A program made the position numbers and the translations under genes. From positions 1 through 63,819 of the forward strand of contig JAJZRV010000001.1 in NCBI GenBank assembly GCA_021850135.1: a stretch of 63,819 bases of DNA. Direction: 5' to 3'. The notes under the pieces are model-generated. The model saw nothing but the letters and a program-made list of their open reading frames with translations. It did not search any database and was not told where the DNA came from. Source of the stretch: Pseudomonadota bacterium (GTDB taxonomy: Bacteria; Pseudomonadota; Gammaproteobacteria; Burkholderiales; Ferrovaceae). Below are positions 27,359-38,500 of the stretch, piece by piece. The first letter of the stretch is position 1. Every line of letters begins with the position of its first letter.

Positions 27359-29971
27359 GTGTCCAAAAATCTGCTCATCGTCGAATCGCCCTCCAAGGCG
27401 AAGACTCTTAAAAAATATCTCGGGCCAGGATTTGAAATCCTGGCTTCCTACGGCCATGTCCGCGATCTGGTCCCAAAATCCGGTGCTGTCAATCCGGAAG
27501 ATCATTTCGCCATGAAATATCAGCTGGTAGAACGCAACGAAAAACACGTTGACGCCATCACCCGTGCCGTCAAGGCGGCCGACCACATCTATCTGGCAAC
27601 CGATCCGGACCGCGAAGGTGAGGCCATTGCCTGGCACCTGGCCGAAATTTTAAAAACAAAAAAGCTGCTGAAGAACAAAACGTTGCAACGCGTCACGTTT
27701 TACGAAATCACCCAGAATGCGGTCCAGGCGGCCGTCGCACATCCGCGCGAAATTTCCATGCCCCTGGTCAATGCCCAGCAGGCGCGTCGTGCCCTGGATT
27801 ACCTGGTGGGGTTCAATCTTTCCCCGCTTTTGTGGAAAAAAATCCGCCGCGGACTTTCTGCGGGACGCGTTCAAAGCCCGGCCCTGCGCCTTATCGTTGA
27901 ACGCGAAAGCCAGATTGCTGCCTTCAAAAGCGAAGAATACTGGACACTTCATCTGGACAGCCATAAGGATGGGCAGTCGTTTACGGCTCGCCTGATCCAG
28001 TTTGAAGGGGTGAAGTTTCAGCAGATGAGCATCGGCTCGGAAGCACGACAAAATGAAGTTCTGGATGCCCTCAAAGGAAAACCCGCCAAAGTCGTCCAAG
28101 TAGAAAAGAAGCGCAAGCAGCGGCATCCCACAGCGCCATTTACAACATCCACGCTGCAGCAGGAAGCGGTGCGCAAGTTGGGCTTTACCACCGACCGTAC
28201 CATGAAGGTGGCCCAGCAACTCTACGAAGGGATCGACATCGGGGGAGGGGCCGTCGGTCTGATCTCCTACATGCGAACCGACTCGGTGAGTTTGTCCCAA
28301 GAAGCCCTGGAGGACATCAGGAGCCACATCAATAAGAATTTTGATAGTGAGTACTTGCCTTCAAAACCCGTTTTCTACGCCAATAAATCCAAGAACGCGC
28401 AGGAAGCGCATGAGGCCATTCGCCCCACGTCCATTGCCCGAACACCGGCCAATTTGCGTGGCCACCTGACACCGGATCAGTTCCGGCTCTACGAAATGAT
28501 CTGGAAGCGGACCGTCGCCAGTCAGATGACCCAAGCCCAATTCGATACGGTCAAAGTGGACATCAGCGTGGGCGACGCGCAAACCCTGTTCCGCGCCAAT
28601 GGGCAAACCCTGGTTTTCCCGGGCTTCATTGCGGTCTATCGGGAGGATGAAGATGATGTCTCTGAAAAGGGGCCTGCCGCTGACTCGGACGATGAGGCAC
28701 GGTTACCCCTTCTGTCCGAAGGGGAAGGGCTCCCTGTAGACCAGCTGTGGGGGGAGCAGCACTTTACCCAGCCCCCGCCGCGCTACTCGGAAGCCAGCCT
28801 CGTCAAGGCGCTGGAGGAGTTCGGGATTGGCCGTCCTTCCACATATGCCAGCATCATCAGCACCCTTGTCCACCGCGAGTACGTCCTTCTGGACAAAAAG
28901 CGTTTCACCCCAACCGATGTGGGCGTGGTGGTCAATAAGTTCCTCACAGAGCATTTTTCCCGTTATGTGGATTACGATTTCACGGCGCGCCTGGAAGACC
29001 AGCTGGATCTGATCTCCGAGGGCAAGCTGGAATGGATTCCTGTACTTGCCCAGTTTTGGGAGGGGTTTTCCAGCCAGGTGGAAGAGAAGGCTTCCGTTTC
29101 ACGCGCCGAAGTCACCCAGGAGTCTCTGGATGAAGCCTGTCCGAAGTGCGGAAAGCCCCTTTCCATCCGACTTGGGCGCCGCGGCAAGTTTGTGGGCTGC
29201 AGTGGCTACCCCGAATGTGACTTCACACGGAATCTCGATGGTGCCTCCGGTCCAGCCGAGCCTGTAGTCGTGGGCGCGGAGCCAAACAGCGGGCAATCCA
29301 TTCTTCTGCTCAATGGACCCTACGGGCCCTACCTGCAACTGGGTGAAACCGCCCCCGAAGGTAAAAAGCCCAAACGCGTGTCACTGCCCAAGAATCTGTT
29401 GCCAACACAGGTTACGCTGGACATCGCCTTGCGCCTGCTGTCCCTGCCTCGCGAACTCGGCGCTCACCCCGAAACCGGAAAAAAAGTCACCGTCAATATT
29501 GGGCGCTTTGGTCCGTACATCCAGCACGACGGGGCCTTTCGCTCCATTCCAAAAACAGACAACGTGTTCGACATCGAACTGGACCGCGCGCTACAGATCT
29601 GGGCAGAGCCGAAGAGTGCGGGGCGCGGTTCATTGCGGCAATTGGGGGTTCACCCCGAAGACCAGCAGCCTGTGGGCATTTTCAGCGGACGGTACGGTCC
29701 CTACGTCAAACACGGCAAAGTCAATGCCACCCTGCCCAATGGCGTTGACGTTGAAACCATGACGCTGGAGGAGGGCTTGGCCTTGCTGGCGGAGAAGGTG
29801 GCCAAGACCGGCGCGCCTGCACCAAAGAAAAAGGCGGCCCCAAAGAAAGCGGCTGCGAAGAAGCCTGCGGCAAAGAAAACAGCAACGACAGAGAAAAAAA
29901 CAGCGGCCAGAAAACCGGCCGTTAAAAAAGCTGCAGCTACTGCCAGGAAAAAGAAACCTCCAGAGGGCTAA
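27359..29971 (+). CDS. topA: DNA topoisomerase I
   Basis: GTG start. Toprim N-terminus LLIVESPSKAKT, active-site region ISYMRTDS, one C4 zinc ribbon CPKCG..CSGYPEC, and a Lys/Ala-rich C-terminal tail. Confidence 0.95.
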   Translation: MSKNLLIVESPSKAKTLKKYLGPGFEILASYGHVRDLVPKSGAVNPEDHFAMKYQLVERNEKHVDAITRAVKAADHIYLATDPDREGEAIAWHLAEILKTKKLLKNKTLQRVTFYEITQNAVQAAVAHPREISMPLVNAQQARRALDYLVGFNLSPLLWKKIRRGLSAGRVQSPALRLIVERESQIAAFKSEEYWTLHLDSHKDGQSFTARLIQFEGVKFQQMSIGSEARQNEVLDALKGKPAKVVQVEKKRKQRHPTAPFTTSTLQQEAVRKLGFTTDRTMKVAQQLYEGIDIGGGAVGLISYMRTDSVSLSQEALEDIRSHINKNFDSEYLPSKPVFYANKSKNAQEAHEAIRPTSIARTPANLRGHLTPDQFRLYEMIWKRTVASQMTQAQFDTVKVDISVGDAQTLFRANGQTLVFPGFIAVYREDEDDVSEKGPAADSDDEARLPLLSEGEGLPVDQLWGEQHFTQPPPRYSEASLVKALEEFGIGRPSTYASIISTLVHREYVLLDKKRFTPTDVGVVVNKFLTEHFSRYVDYDFTARLEDQLDLISEGKLEWIPVLAQFWEGFSSQVEEKASVSRAEVTQESLDEACPKCGKPLSIRLGRRGKFVGCSGYPECDFTRNLDGASGPAEPVVVGAEPNSGQSILLLNGPYGPYLQLGETAPEGKKPKRVSLPKNLLPTQVTLDIALRLLSLPRELGAHPETGKKVTVNIGRFGPYIQHDGAFRSIPKTDNVFDIELDRALQIWAEPKSAGRGSLRQLGVHPEDQQPVGIFSGRYGPYVKHGKVNATLPNGVDVETMTLEEGLALLAEKVAKTGAPAPKKKAAPKKAAAKKPAAKKTATTEKKTAARKPAVKKAAATARKKKPPEG

Positions 29972-29975
29972 TTGT

Positions 29976-30815
29976 TCAGTTCCAAAACGGCTTTGTTTTT
30001 CCTCGCAGCAGATCCCAGTAATAGCGGGCGGATTGATTGGGCTCGGGAAGCACTGGCGCGCCTGCGCGCTGGCCGCGCCGCAGGTAATGCCTGTCAAAGG
30101 TGGATTGGGTCATGCCCCATTTGCGCAAAAACTGATTCCGGCCGTCGTTACGCACCACCTTGCCGGTGGAGCGGGACATGAAATGGTAAACCCGCGATGC
30201 GCCCACCCCCAGAAAAATCCGGCACCCCGCGGCCCACATCTTCATGGAAAAATCATTGTCACTGCTGATTCCAGGCGAAAACTCCGGACTATAGCCCCCC
30301 ACCTTGTCCCACCAATCGCGGTGCACGATGGAAGGCGGCCAGGTCGCGCCATACCAGTCATCCTTGTAAAGATAGGGCAGGTCATTCAGCAAAGCCGCTT
30401 CCCTGAAACTTTCAGGGCCACTGCCATAATCCCCAACGATCACGCAAGGATTGCCGGATTCACGCGGCTCGATCATGGTTCCTGAAACCATGAAGGCATC
30501 GGTGCCGAAGGTGCGGATACGGTCCATCAGCGCGGTGTCCCACCCCGGACAACACACCATGTCGTCGTTGAGGTACACAAGATACGGTTGTGTGGACAGC
30601 GCCGCCGCCTGATTCATGGCAAGACAGATGCCAATGTTTTGAGCGGAGTGCGTGTGCAGGATGCCCTCGGAACGAACCCAGTCGAGGGTGCCGTCGCTGC
30701 CGTCGTTGACGTGCAGTACGATCTCAAAGGGTAGGGTGGTATGCCGCTGGAGGCTCGCAACACAAAGCTTCAGCAGCCTGAGATTGTTCCAGGTCGGAAT
30801 GAGGATGGAAAGCAT
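29976..30815 (-). CDS. glycosyltransferase family 2
   Basis: 279 aa with LSILIPTWNN, VNDGSDGT and YLNDDM (DXD) motifs. Lies 38 nt downstream of gyrB on the same strand. Confidence 0.75.
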   Translation of the reverse strand: MLSILIPTWNNLRLLKLCVASLQRHTTLPFEIVLHVNDGSDGTLDWVRSEGILHTHSAQNIGICLAMNQAAALSTQPYLVYLNDDMVCCPGWDTALMDRIRTFGTDAFMVSGTMIEPRESGNPCVIVGDYGSGPESFREAALLNDLPYLYKDDWYGATWPPSIVHRDWWDKVGGYSPEFSPGISSDNDFSMKMWAAGCRIFLGVGASRVYHFMSRSTGKVVRNDGRNQFLRKWGMTQSTFDRHYLRRGQRAGAPVLPEPNQSARYYWDLLRGKTKPFWN

Positions 30816-30853
30816 GACCCGCTGTCTTGCCCTGGACTTAGTTGGCTGCGGGG

Positions 30854-33253
<2,400 letters not shown>

Positions 33254-33295
33254 TTATGTTTCCTGAAGGAGACTCGTCACTGAGAGAAAAAAGGG

Positions 33296-34405
33296 TCAGA
33301 TGCGCATCGGCATGACAACGTACTTAAAGCGGTCTTCGGCCCCGGGAACGGTAATCAGGACGCTGCTATTGGCATCTCCAAACGAACAAACCACGGTGTC
33401 CGACGTCAGGTGGTTCATCACGTCCATGAGATAGGTGATGTTGAACCCGATATCAATGGCCTCCTGATTGTATTGAACGTCCAAATCTTCCTGGGCTTCT
33501 TCCTGCTCATTGTTGGTACAGACCACCGCAAGGTTGTTCTTCGATAAAAGCAGGCGCACACCGTGAATTTTATCGTTGGACAAAATCGAAGCGCGCTGGA
33601 GGGCCTGCAGCAAATCGAGGCGATTGAGTGTCAAATGCTTGTTGTAGTTGGTGGGTATGACACGCGTGTAGTCGGGGAACTTTCCGTCAATGACTTTGGA
33701 CAGCAACTCGATATGACCAAAGACAAACTCCACCTGGTTTGCGCGAAGCGTGAGAGTCACGGGCTCGTCGGTTGGCGCAAGCAGTTTGATGAGCTCGGAA
33801 ACGGATTTTCTTGGCAGAATGATCTCTGCCTTCTCGTACGATTCCGCCAGCTGCTCGGTGGTGTAGCTCAATCGATGCCCGTCTGTGGCCACCAGGGTGA
33901 GTTGGTTGCCATTTACGCTGAGCAGGGTTCCGTTGAGGTAATAACGCACGTCTTGCTGTGCCATGGCGTACTGCACGCGCTCCAGAAGCGCCTTCAGGTT
34001 TTTTTGCGCGAGCTTTAGCACTACCCCTTTGTCGCTGCTTGGTGCCACCGTGGGAAAATCCTGTCCCGCCAACGTCTGGAGACTGAAGCGGCTCTTTCCT
34101 GCCTTGACGGTAAGACGATTTTCCTTGGCTTCAAGCGCAACGGATGATTCGCTGGGAAGGCTTCTGAGGATGTCGTAGAGCTTGCGTGCTGAAAGCGTGA
34201 TGGATTGCGTTTCTCCGCTTTCTTCAATCTGCGCCTTCGTTCGGATCTGAACCTCCAGATCGGTCGCGGTTAACGCAACTTCGCTTCCTGAGGATTGAAT
34301 CAAAACGTTAGACAGGATCGGCAAGGTATGTCGACGTTCAACGATGCCAATCACTGATTGCAGGGGTTCCAGTAATCTTTCACGTTGGGTCTTAATGATG
34401 ATCAT
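33296..34405 (-). CDS. dnaN: DNA polymerase III beta sliding clamp
   Basis: 369 aa. N-terminus LLEPLQSVIGIVERRHTLPILSNVLI and C-terminal MPMRI. In the dnaA-dnaN-gyrB order. Confidence 0.96.
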   Translation of the reverse strand: MIIIKTQRERLLEPLQSVIGIVERRHTLPILSNVLIQSSGSEVALTATDLEVQIRTKAQIEESGETQSITLSARKLYDILRSLPSESSVALEAKENRLTVKAGKSRFSLQTLAGQDFPTVAPSSDKGVVLKLAQKNLKALLERVQYAMAQQDVRYYLNGTLLSVNGNQLTLVATDGHRLSYTTEQLAESYEKAEIILPRKSVSELIKLLAPTDEPVTLTLRANQVEFVFGHIELLSKVIDGKFPDYTRVIPTNYNKHLTLNRLDLLQALQRASILSNDKIHGVRLLLSKNNLAVVCTNNEQEEAQEDLDVQYNQEAIDIGFNITYLMDVMNHLTSDTVVCSFGDANSSVLITVPGAEDRFKYVVMPMRI

Positions 34406-34535
34406 GAAATAAACCTGATAGTTAATAGATTGGAGCTAAGCTCACACTGTGGAATGGCTGGAAAACCTCTAACGAAACATTATATTGCGTAACGGGCATG
34501 GCTTGGGATAAGTCGTGTTTATTATTTGGATGGAA

Positions 34536-34544
34536 TGTGGATAA
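34536..34544 (+). promoter_or_regulatory. perfect DnaA box (TGTGGATAA) in the dnaA-dnaN spacer
   Basis: Exact 9-mer read from the sequence. It is the reverse complement of the consensus TTATCCACA. Confidence 0.7.
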
Positions 34545-34570
34545 GTTTTCAGTTTCCGGGTGTTCATGTT

Positions 34571-34579
34571 TTATCCACA
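34571..34579 (+). promoter_or_regulatory. perfect DnaA box (TTATCCACA) in the dnaA-dnaN spacer
   Basis: Exact 9-mer, in inverted orientation relative to the box at 34536..34544 and 26 bp away from it. Confidence 0.7.
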
Positions 34580-34618
34580 TTTCTTCCTCAAAGTATCCCA
34601 AGGTTATCTCCAGGGTTG

Positions 34619-35947
34619 TCAACCGTTGAGAATTTGTTGCAGGGCCAGAAAGTCGCGCTGGATCGTATTGTCTGTTTCGCACAATTCCTGCATTTTCCGA
34701 CAGGCGTGCAGTACGGTGGTGTGGTCTCTGCCACCAAAGGCCTCGCCAATATCGGGAAGGCTGAGGTTGGTAATGTCCTTGGCCAGGGCCATGGCCATTT
34801 GGCGCGGCCGGGCAAGCGCGCGCGTGCGTTTTTTTGAGAACATGTCCCCCACTTTGATCTTGTAGTAGTCAGCGACGGTTTTCTGGATGTTCTCAATCGA
34901 AATTTGCCGGTGCTGCAGCGCCAGCAGGTCCTTGAGCGACTCGCGTGCCGATTGCAGTGTGATGGCGTCTCCCGTGAAACGGGCATAAGCCTGTACCCGC
35001 TTCAGGGCGCCCTCCAGTTCCCGCACGTTGGAACGGATGTGCTTTGCGATGAAGAAGGCGACATTCTCGTCCAGCGCAAGCCCCTCCAGCCGCGCCTTGT
35101 TGATCAGGATGGCGACGCGCATTTCCAGTTCAGGGGGTTCGATGGCAACGGTCAAGCCCCAACCAAACCTGGAAATCAGTCGCTCTTCCATGCCCGCTAT
35201 TTCTTTTGGAAAGCTGTCGCAGGTAATGATGACTTGTCGGTGGGACTCTACCAATGCATTGAAAGCAAAGAAAAATTCTTCCTGAGTTCGCGCCTTTCCG
35301 CCAAAGAACTGGATGTCGTCTATCATCAGCAGGTCCAGCGAGTGGTAGTAGCGCTTGAAGCTGTCAAAAGACTTGTGCTGGTAGGCGCGAACCACGTCAG
35401 AGACGTATTTTTCCGCGTGCATGTAGCGCACCTTGGCATTGGGTTGTCGTTCCAGGATCTGGTTGCCGATGGCCTGGATCAGGTGTGTCTTTCCCAGCCC
35501 GACGCCGCCGTAGACAAACAGCGGGTTGTAGGCGGCGCCAGGGTTTTCGGCCACTTGCAAGGCGGCTGCCCGTGCGAGCTGGTTGGCTTTCCCGCCAATG
35601 AACGTGGAGAATGTGAAATTGGGGTTAAGTCGATGTCTGTCCGCCTGGCGAGGCAAATCGTCGCTTTTTTCCGTGGCGGCTTCGCCCGACGCTTTCTCGG
35701 TGCCGATGGAAGGCGCATCATTTCTTTGAACCAGCTTGATCGAAGTGATGCCGTTGTGACGCGCCATGCTTTCGATGCGCGACATGTACCGATCCTTGAC
35801 CCATTGCAGAATGAACCGGTTGGGTGCTGATAGCGTCACGCTCCCGTCGGTCACTTCTACTTGTAATGGCTTGATCCAGGTCGTGAACTGCTGCTCCGGC
35901 AATTCGGAGCGGATTTGGGTCAGGGTGTCACTCCAAAAGTCGTTCAT
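34619..35947 (-). CDS. dnaA: chromosomal replication initiator protein DnaA
   Basis: 442 aa with Walker [11 protein letters not shown], the AAA+ domain, and the domain IV signature [11 protein letters not shown]. Confidence 0.97.
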   Translation of the reverse strand: MNDFWSDTLTQIRSELPEQQFTTWIKPLQVEVTDGSVTLSAPNRFILQWVKDRYMSRIESMARHNGITSIKLVQRNDAPSIGTEKASGEAATEKSDDLPRQADRHRLNPNFTFSTFIGGKANQLARAAALQVAENPGAAYNPLFVYGGVGLGKTHLIQAIGNQILERQPNAKVRYMHAEKYVSDVVRAYQHKSFDSFKRYYHSLDLLMIDDIQFFGGKARTQEEFFFAFNALVESHRQVIITCDSFPKEIAGMEERLISRFGWGLTVAIEPPELEMRVAILINKARLEGLALDENVAFFIAKHIRSNVRELEGALKRVQAYARFTGDAITLQSARESLKDLLALQHRQISIENIQKTVADYYKIKVGDMFSKKRTRALARPRQMAMALAKDITNLSLPDIGEAFGGRDHTTVLHACRKMQELCETDNTIQRDFLALQQILNG

Positions 35948-35980
35948 ATTATAATATATTGATTATTATGGTTATTTATG
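35948..35980. promoter_or_regulatory. AT-rich tract immediately upstream of dnaA (candidate DNA-unwinding element or promoter spacer)
   Basis: ATTATAATATATTGATTATTATGGTTATTTATG has 4 G/C in 33 nt by my count, against GC-rich surroundings. Confidence 0.4.
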
Positions 35981-36005
35981 TGGGATAAGCAGGGGGGCAA
36001 GGCAG

Positions 36006-36014
36006 TTATCCACC
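36006..36014 (+). promoter_or_regulatory. DnaA box, 8/9 match (TTATCCACC)
   Basis: Read from the sequence. One mismatch at the last position. Confidence 0.55.
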
Positions 36015-36040
36015 CGCAATTCTAGTCCTGCATGAATAAC

Positions 36041-36049
36041 TTATCCACT
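36041..36049 (+). promoter_or_regulatory. DnaA box, 8/9 match (TTATCCACT)
   Basis: Read from the sequence. One mismatch at the last position. Confidence 0.55.
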
Positions 36050-36064
36050 GTCTTTTATTGCTCT

Positions 36065-36073
36065 TGTGGATAT
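36065..36073 (-). promoter_or_regulatory. DnaA box, 8/9 match (TGTGGATAT, i.e. ATATCCACA on the minus strand)
   Basis: Read from the sequence. One mismatch at the first position of the consensus. Confidence 0.55.
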
Positions 36074-36080
36074 ATTTTTC

Positions 36081-36110
36081 TTGACGGATTGGTGCTTTTC
36101 AGGGTTAAAT
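36081..36110 (+). promoter_or_regulatory. candidate sigma70 promoter of rpmH (TTGACG - 18 nt - TTAAAT)
   Basis: Hexamers read from the sequence. The -10 ends 34 nt before the rpmH ATG. Confidence 0.35.
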
Positions 36111-36144
36111 CGCGGGTTCTGTCATTTGGCTCGAGAGTTCAATC

Positions 36145-36279
36145 ATGAAGCGTACTTACCAACCGTCGGTGACCAAGCGCAAGCGCACGCACGGATTCCG
36201 GATTCGGATGAAAACCCGCGGCGGTCGTGCTGTCATCAATGCACGTCGGGCGCGCGGACGGGCACGTCTCGCCGTTTAA
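36145..36279 (+). CDS. rpmH: 50S ribosomal protein L34
   Basis: Not in the ORF track because it is under 60 aa. The translation [44 protein letters not shown] is a canonical L34. Confidence 0.97.
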   Translation: MKRTYQPSVTKRKRTHGFRIRMKTRGGRAVINARRARGRARLAV

Positions 36280-36288
36280 GGCGGCTCC

Positions 36289-36669
36289 CTGAAGCAGGTT
36301 GCTTTCGGAAAGCTTTCCGATAGCCGCGATTTTCAGGCGGTCTTGAACGGTCGCTGTGGACGCACGGGAGACCATCTGCGAATGATGGCGCGACCGAATG
36401 GTTTGCCTTGTGCGCGCCTGGGTTTGGTTGTAGGCCGCAAAGTATGCTCGAGTGCCGTAGGCCGCAATTACATGAAACGGGTGTGCCGCGAGTTATTTCG
36501 GCGACACGTCGACAAGCTTGCGGGTCTGGATGTGGTCATTCTCCACAAAAAGAAATTCGTGCCAGGCATGTTCGAGTTACTCTCTACTGAATTTGAGATA
36601 CTGGCTCTGGGCGTTCAGAAATGTCGCGATTCATTCAAATTCTCATCCGCGCCTACCAACTCGGTCTGA
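36289..36669 (+). CDS. rnpA: ribonuclease P protein component (start assigned to CTG 36289; the first canonical codon is TTG 36343)
   Basis: Core region [11 protein letters not shown]...[12 protein letters not shown]. The conserved N-terminal segment [14 protein letters not shown] lies upstream of the TTG in the same open frame, which opens right after the rpmH stop. AAGG lies 7 nt before the CTG. Confidence 0.8.
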   Translation: MKQVAFGKLSDSRDFQAVLNGRCGRTGDHLRMMARPNGLPCARLGLVVGRKVCSSAVGRNYMKRVCRELFRRHVDKLAGLDVVILHKKKFVPGMFELLSTEFEILALGVQKCRDSFKFSSAPTNSV

Positions 36670-36830
36670 GCCCCCTGTTGGGCCGCTCCTGTCGTTTTGA
36701 ACCCAGCTGTTCCCACTACGCCTCCGAGGCAATTGGCCGCCATGGGGTTGCCCGTGGCGGATCCCTTGCCATCAAGCGTTTATGCCGTTGCCATCCTTGG
36801 CACCCCGGCGGTTATGATCCTGTACCCTGA
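36621..36830 (+). CDS. yidD: membrane protein insertion efficiency factor YidD
   Basis: 69 aa with [21 protein letters not shown]...[13 protein letters not shown]. It overlaps the rnpA 3' end, as is common. Confidence 0.9.
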   Translation: MSRFIQILIRAYQLGLSPLLGRSCRFEPSCSHYASEAIGRHGVARGGSLAIKRLCRCHPWHPGGYDPVP

Positions 36831-36838
36831 GAACTTTC

Positions 36839-38500
36839 ATGAACATGCAACGCATCATTCCGCTCGCCATCTTCACTGCCTCCAGCTTCATGTTGTGGGA
36901 TGCCTGGCAGTCGCACCAGCGCGAGACGCAGCAACCCCCCGTCTCTCCTCCGGCACTTTCGTCCGTCCCCACGGGGACGGCAAGTTTGCCCTCGGTGCCC
37001 AGCCCGAGTGTCTCTGGTAGCGGTGCTGTTCCATCGGCCACCACTGCGGTGGGCCCCCAGACAGAGGGACTGCACCGGGGCGAGCGCGTCAAGGTGACGA
37101 CGGATGTGATGGATGCCGAAATTGATACGGAGGGCGCTGATCTGCGCAGCCTCAAGTTGCTCAAACATTTTTCGGCGGAGCAGAGCAACAAGCCGGTGGA
37201 TCTGCTGGAAGACAAAAACAGTCTGGTGTACGTGGCGCAAAGCGGCCTCCTGGGCGCTGGGCTGCCCAATCATACGACACAGTTTACGGCAGACAAGCCG
37301 GAAGCCACGCTTGCTGCAGGACAGGACAGCCTTGACGTCACCTTGAAAGCCATCACGCCCGGTGTCGTGGAAGTGGACAAGACCTACCACTTCAAGCGAG
37401 GCAGCTATGTGGTCACGGTGGAGACTGCCGTGCATAACCTTTCTGCAGCGCCGCTTTCACCCGAAGCGTATTTCCAGTTTCTGCGTGTGTCGAAAGCCCC
37501 GCCCGGCGACCCAAGGTTTGTTAGCACTTACACTGGTCCGGCGGTTTATACCGACGCCACGAAGTTTCAGAAAATCCCCTTCACTGACATTGATAAGGGC
37601 AAGCGGGACTACCCCACTACGGCCACGAATGGCTGGATTGCCATGCTGCAACATTATTTTGTTGCGGCTTGGCTCCCCCAGCCCGGTGCGCAGCGGGAGT
37701 TTTTCACGCGCAAGGTCGGCAATGATCTTTACACCGCGGGCGTCATTCTTCCCATGGGTGTCATTGCCCCCGGAGGTACCGGAACAGTTTCCGTGCCGCT
37801 TTACGCGGGACCGCAGGAAGGTGCCAAGCTGAAGAACCTGGCTCCCGGGCTGGACCTCACCATTGATTATGGCTGGCTGACGATCATTGCAACGCCTTTG
37901 TTCTACGTGCTGTCCTGGATTCATGGTTGGGTCGGCAACTGGGGGGTGGCGATCATCCTTTTGACCGTATTGATCAAAGCCATCTTCTTTCCGCTGTCTG
38001 CTGCGAGTTACAAGTCCATGGCACGAATGCGCGTCGTTCAGCCGAAGATGGCCCGGATCAAGGAACAATTCGGGGACGATCGGGCACGCATGAACCAGGC
38101 CATGATGGAGCTCTACAAAACCGAAAAGATCAACCCGCTGGGCGGCTGTCTTCCCATGGTTGTCCAGATTCCCGTATTCATCGCACTGTACTGGGTCCTG
38201 CTGGGTTCCGTGGAGCTGCGCCACGCACCATTCTTTGGCTGGATTCATGACCTGTCTGCACAGGATCCTTACTACATTCTGCCGGTGCTCATGACCGCCT
38301 CCATGTTTTTACAGCAACGCATGAGCCCGAAGCCGCCAGATCCCGTTCAGGCAAAAGTCATGATGTTCATGCCACTAGCCTTCAGCGTCATGTTCTTTTT
38401 CTTCCCGGCGGGCCTTGTTCTGTACTGGGTGGTTAACAACGTGCTGTCCATTACGCAGCAGTGGCAGATCACCCGCATGATGGGTGATGGAAAGCGCTGA
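36839..38500 (+). CDS. yidC: membrane protein insertase YidC
   Basis: 553 aa with an N-terminal TM segment, a large periplasmic domain, and a conserved C-terminal core (PLGGCLPMVVQIPVFIALY). Confidence 0.95.
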   Translation: MNMQRIIPLAIFTASSFMLWDAWQSHQRETQQPPVSPPALSSVPTGTASLPSVPSPSVSGSGAVPSATTAVGPQTEGLHRGERVKVTTDVMDAEIDTEGADLRSLKLLKHFSAEQSNKPVDLLEDKNSLVYVAQSGLLGAGLPNHTTQFTADKPEATLAAGQDSLDVTLKAITPGVVEVDKTYHFKRGSYVVTVETAVHNLSAAPLSPEAYFQFLRVSKAPPGDPRFVSTYTGPAVYTDATKFQKIPFTDIDKGKRDYPTTATNGWIAMLQHYFVAAWLPQPGAQREFFTRKVGNDLYTAGVILPMGVIAPGGTGTVSVPLYAGPQEGAKLKNLAPGLDLTIDYGWLTIIATPLFYVLSWIHGWVGNWGVAIILLTVLIKAIFFPLSAASYKSMARMRVVQPKMARIKEQFGDDRARMNQAMMELYKTEKINPLGGCLPMVVQIPVFIALYWVLLGSVELRHAPFFGWIHDLSAQDPYYILPVLMTASMFLQQRMSPKPPDPVQAKVMMFMPLAFSVMFFFFPAGLVLYWVVNNVLSITQQWQITRMMGDGKR

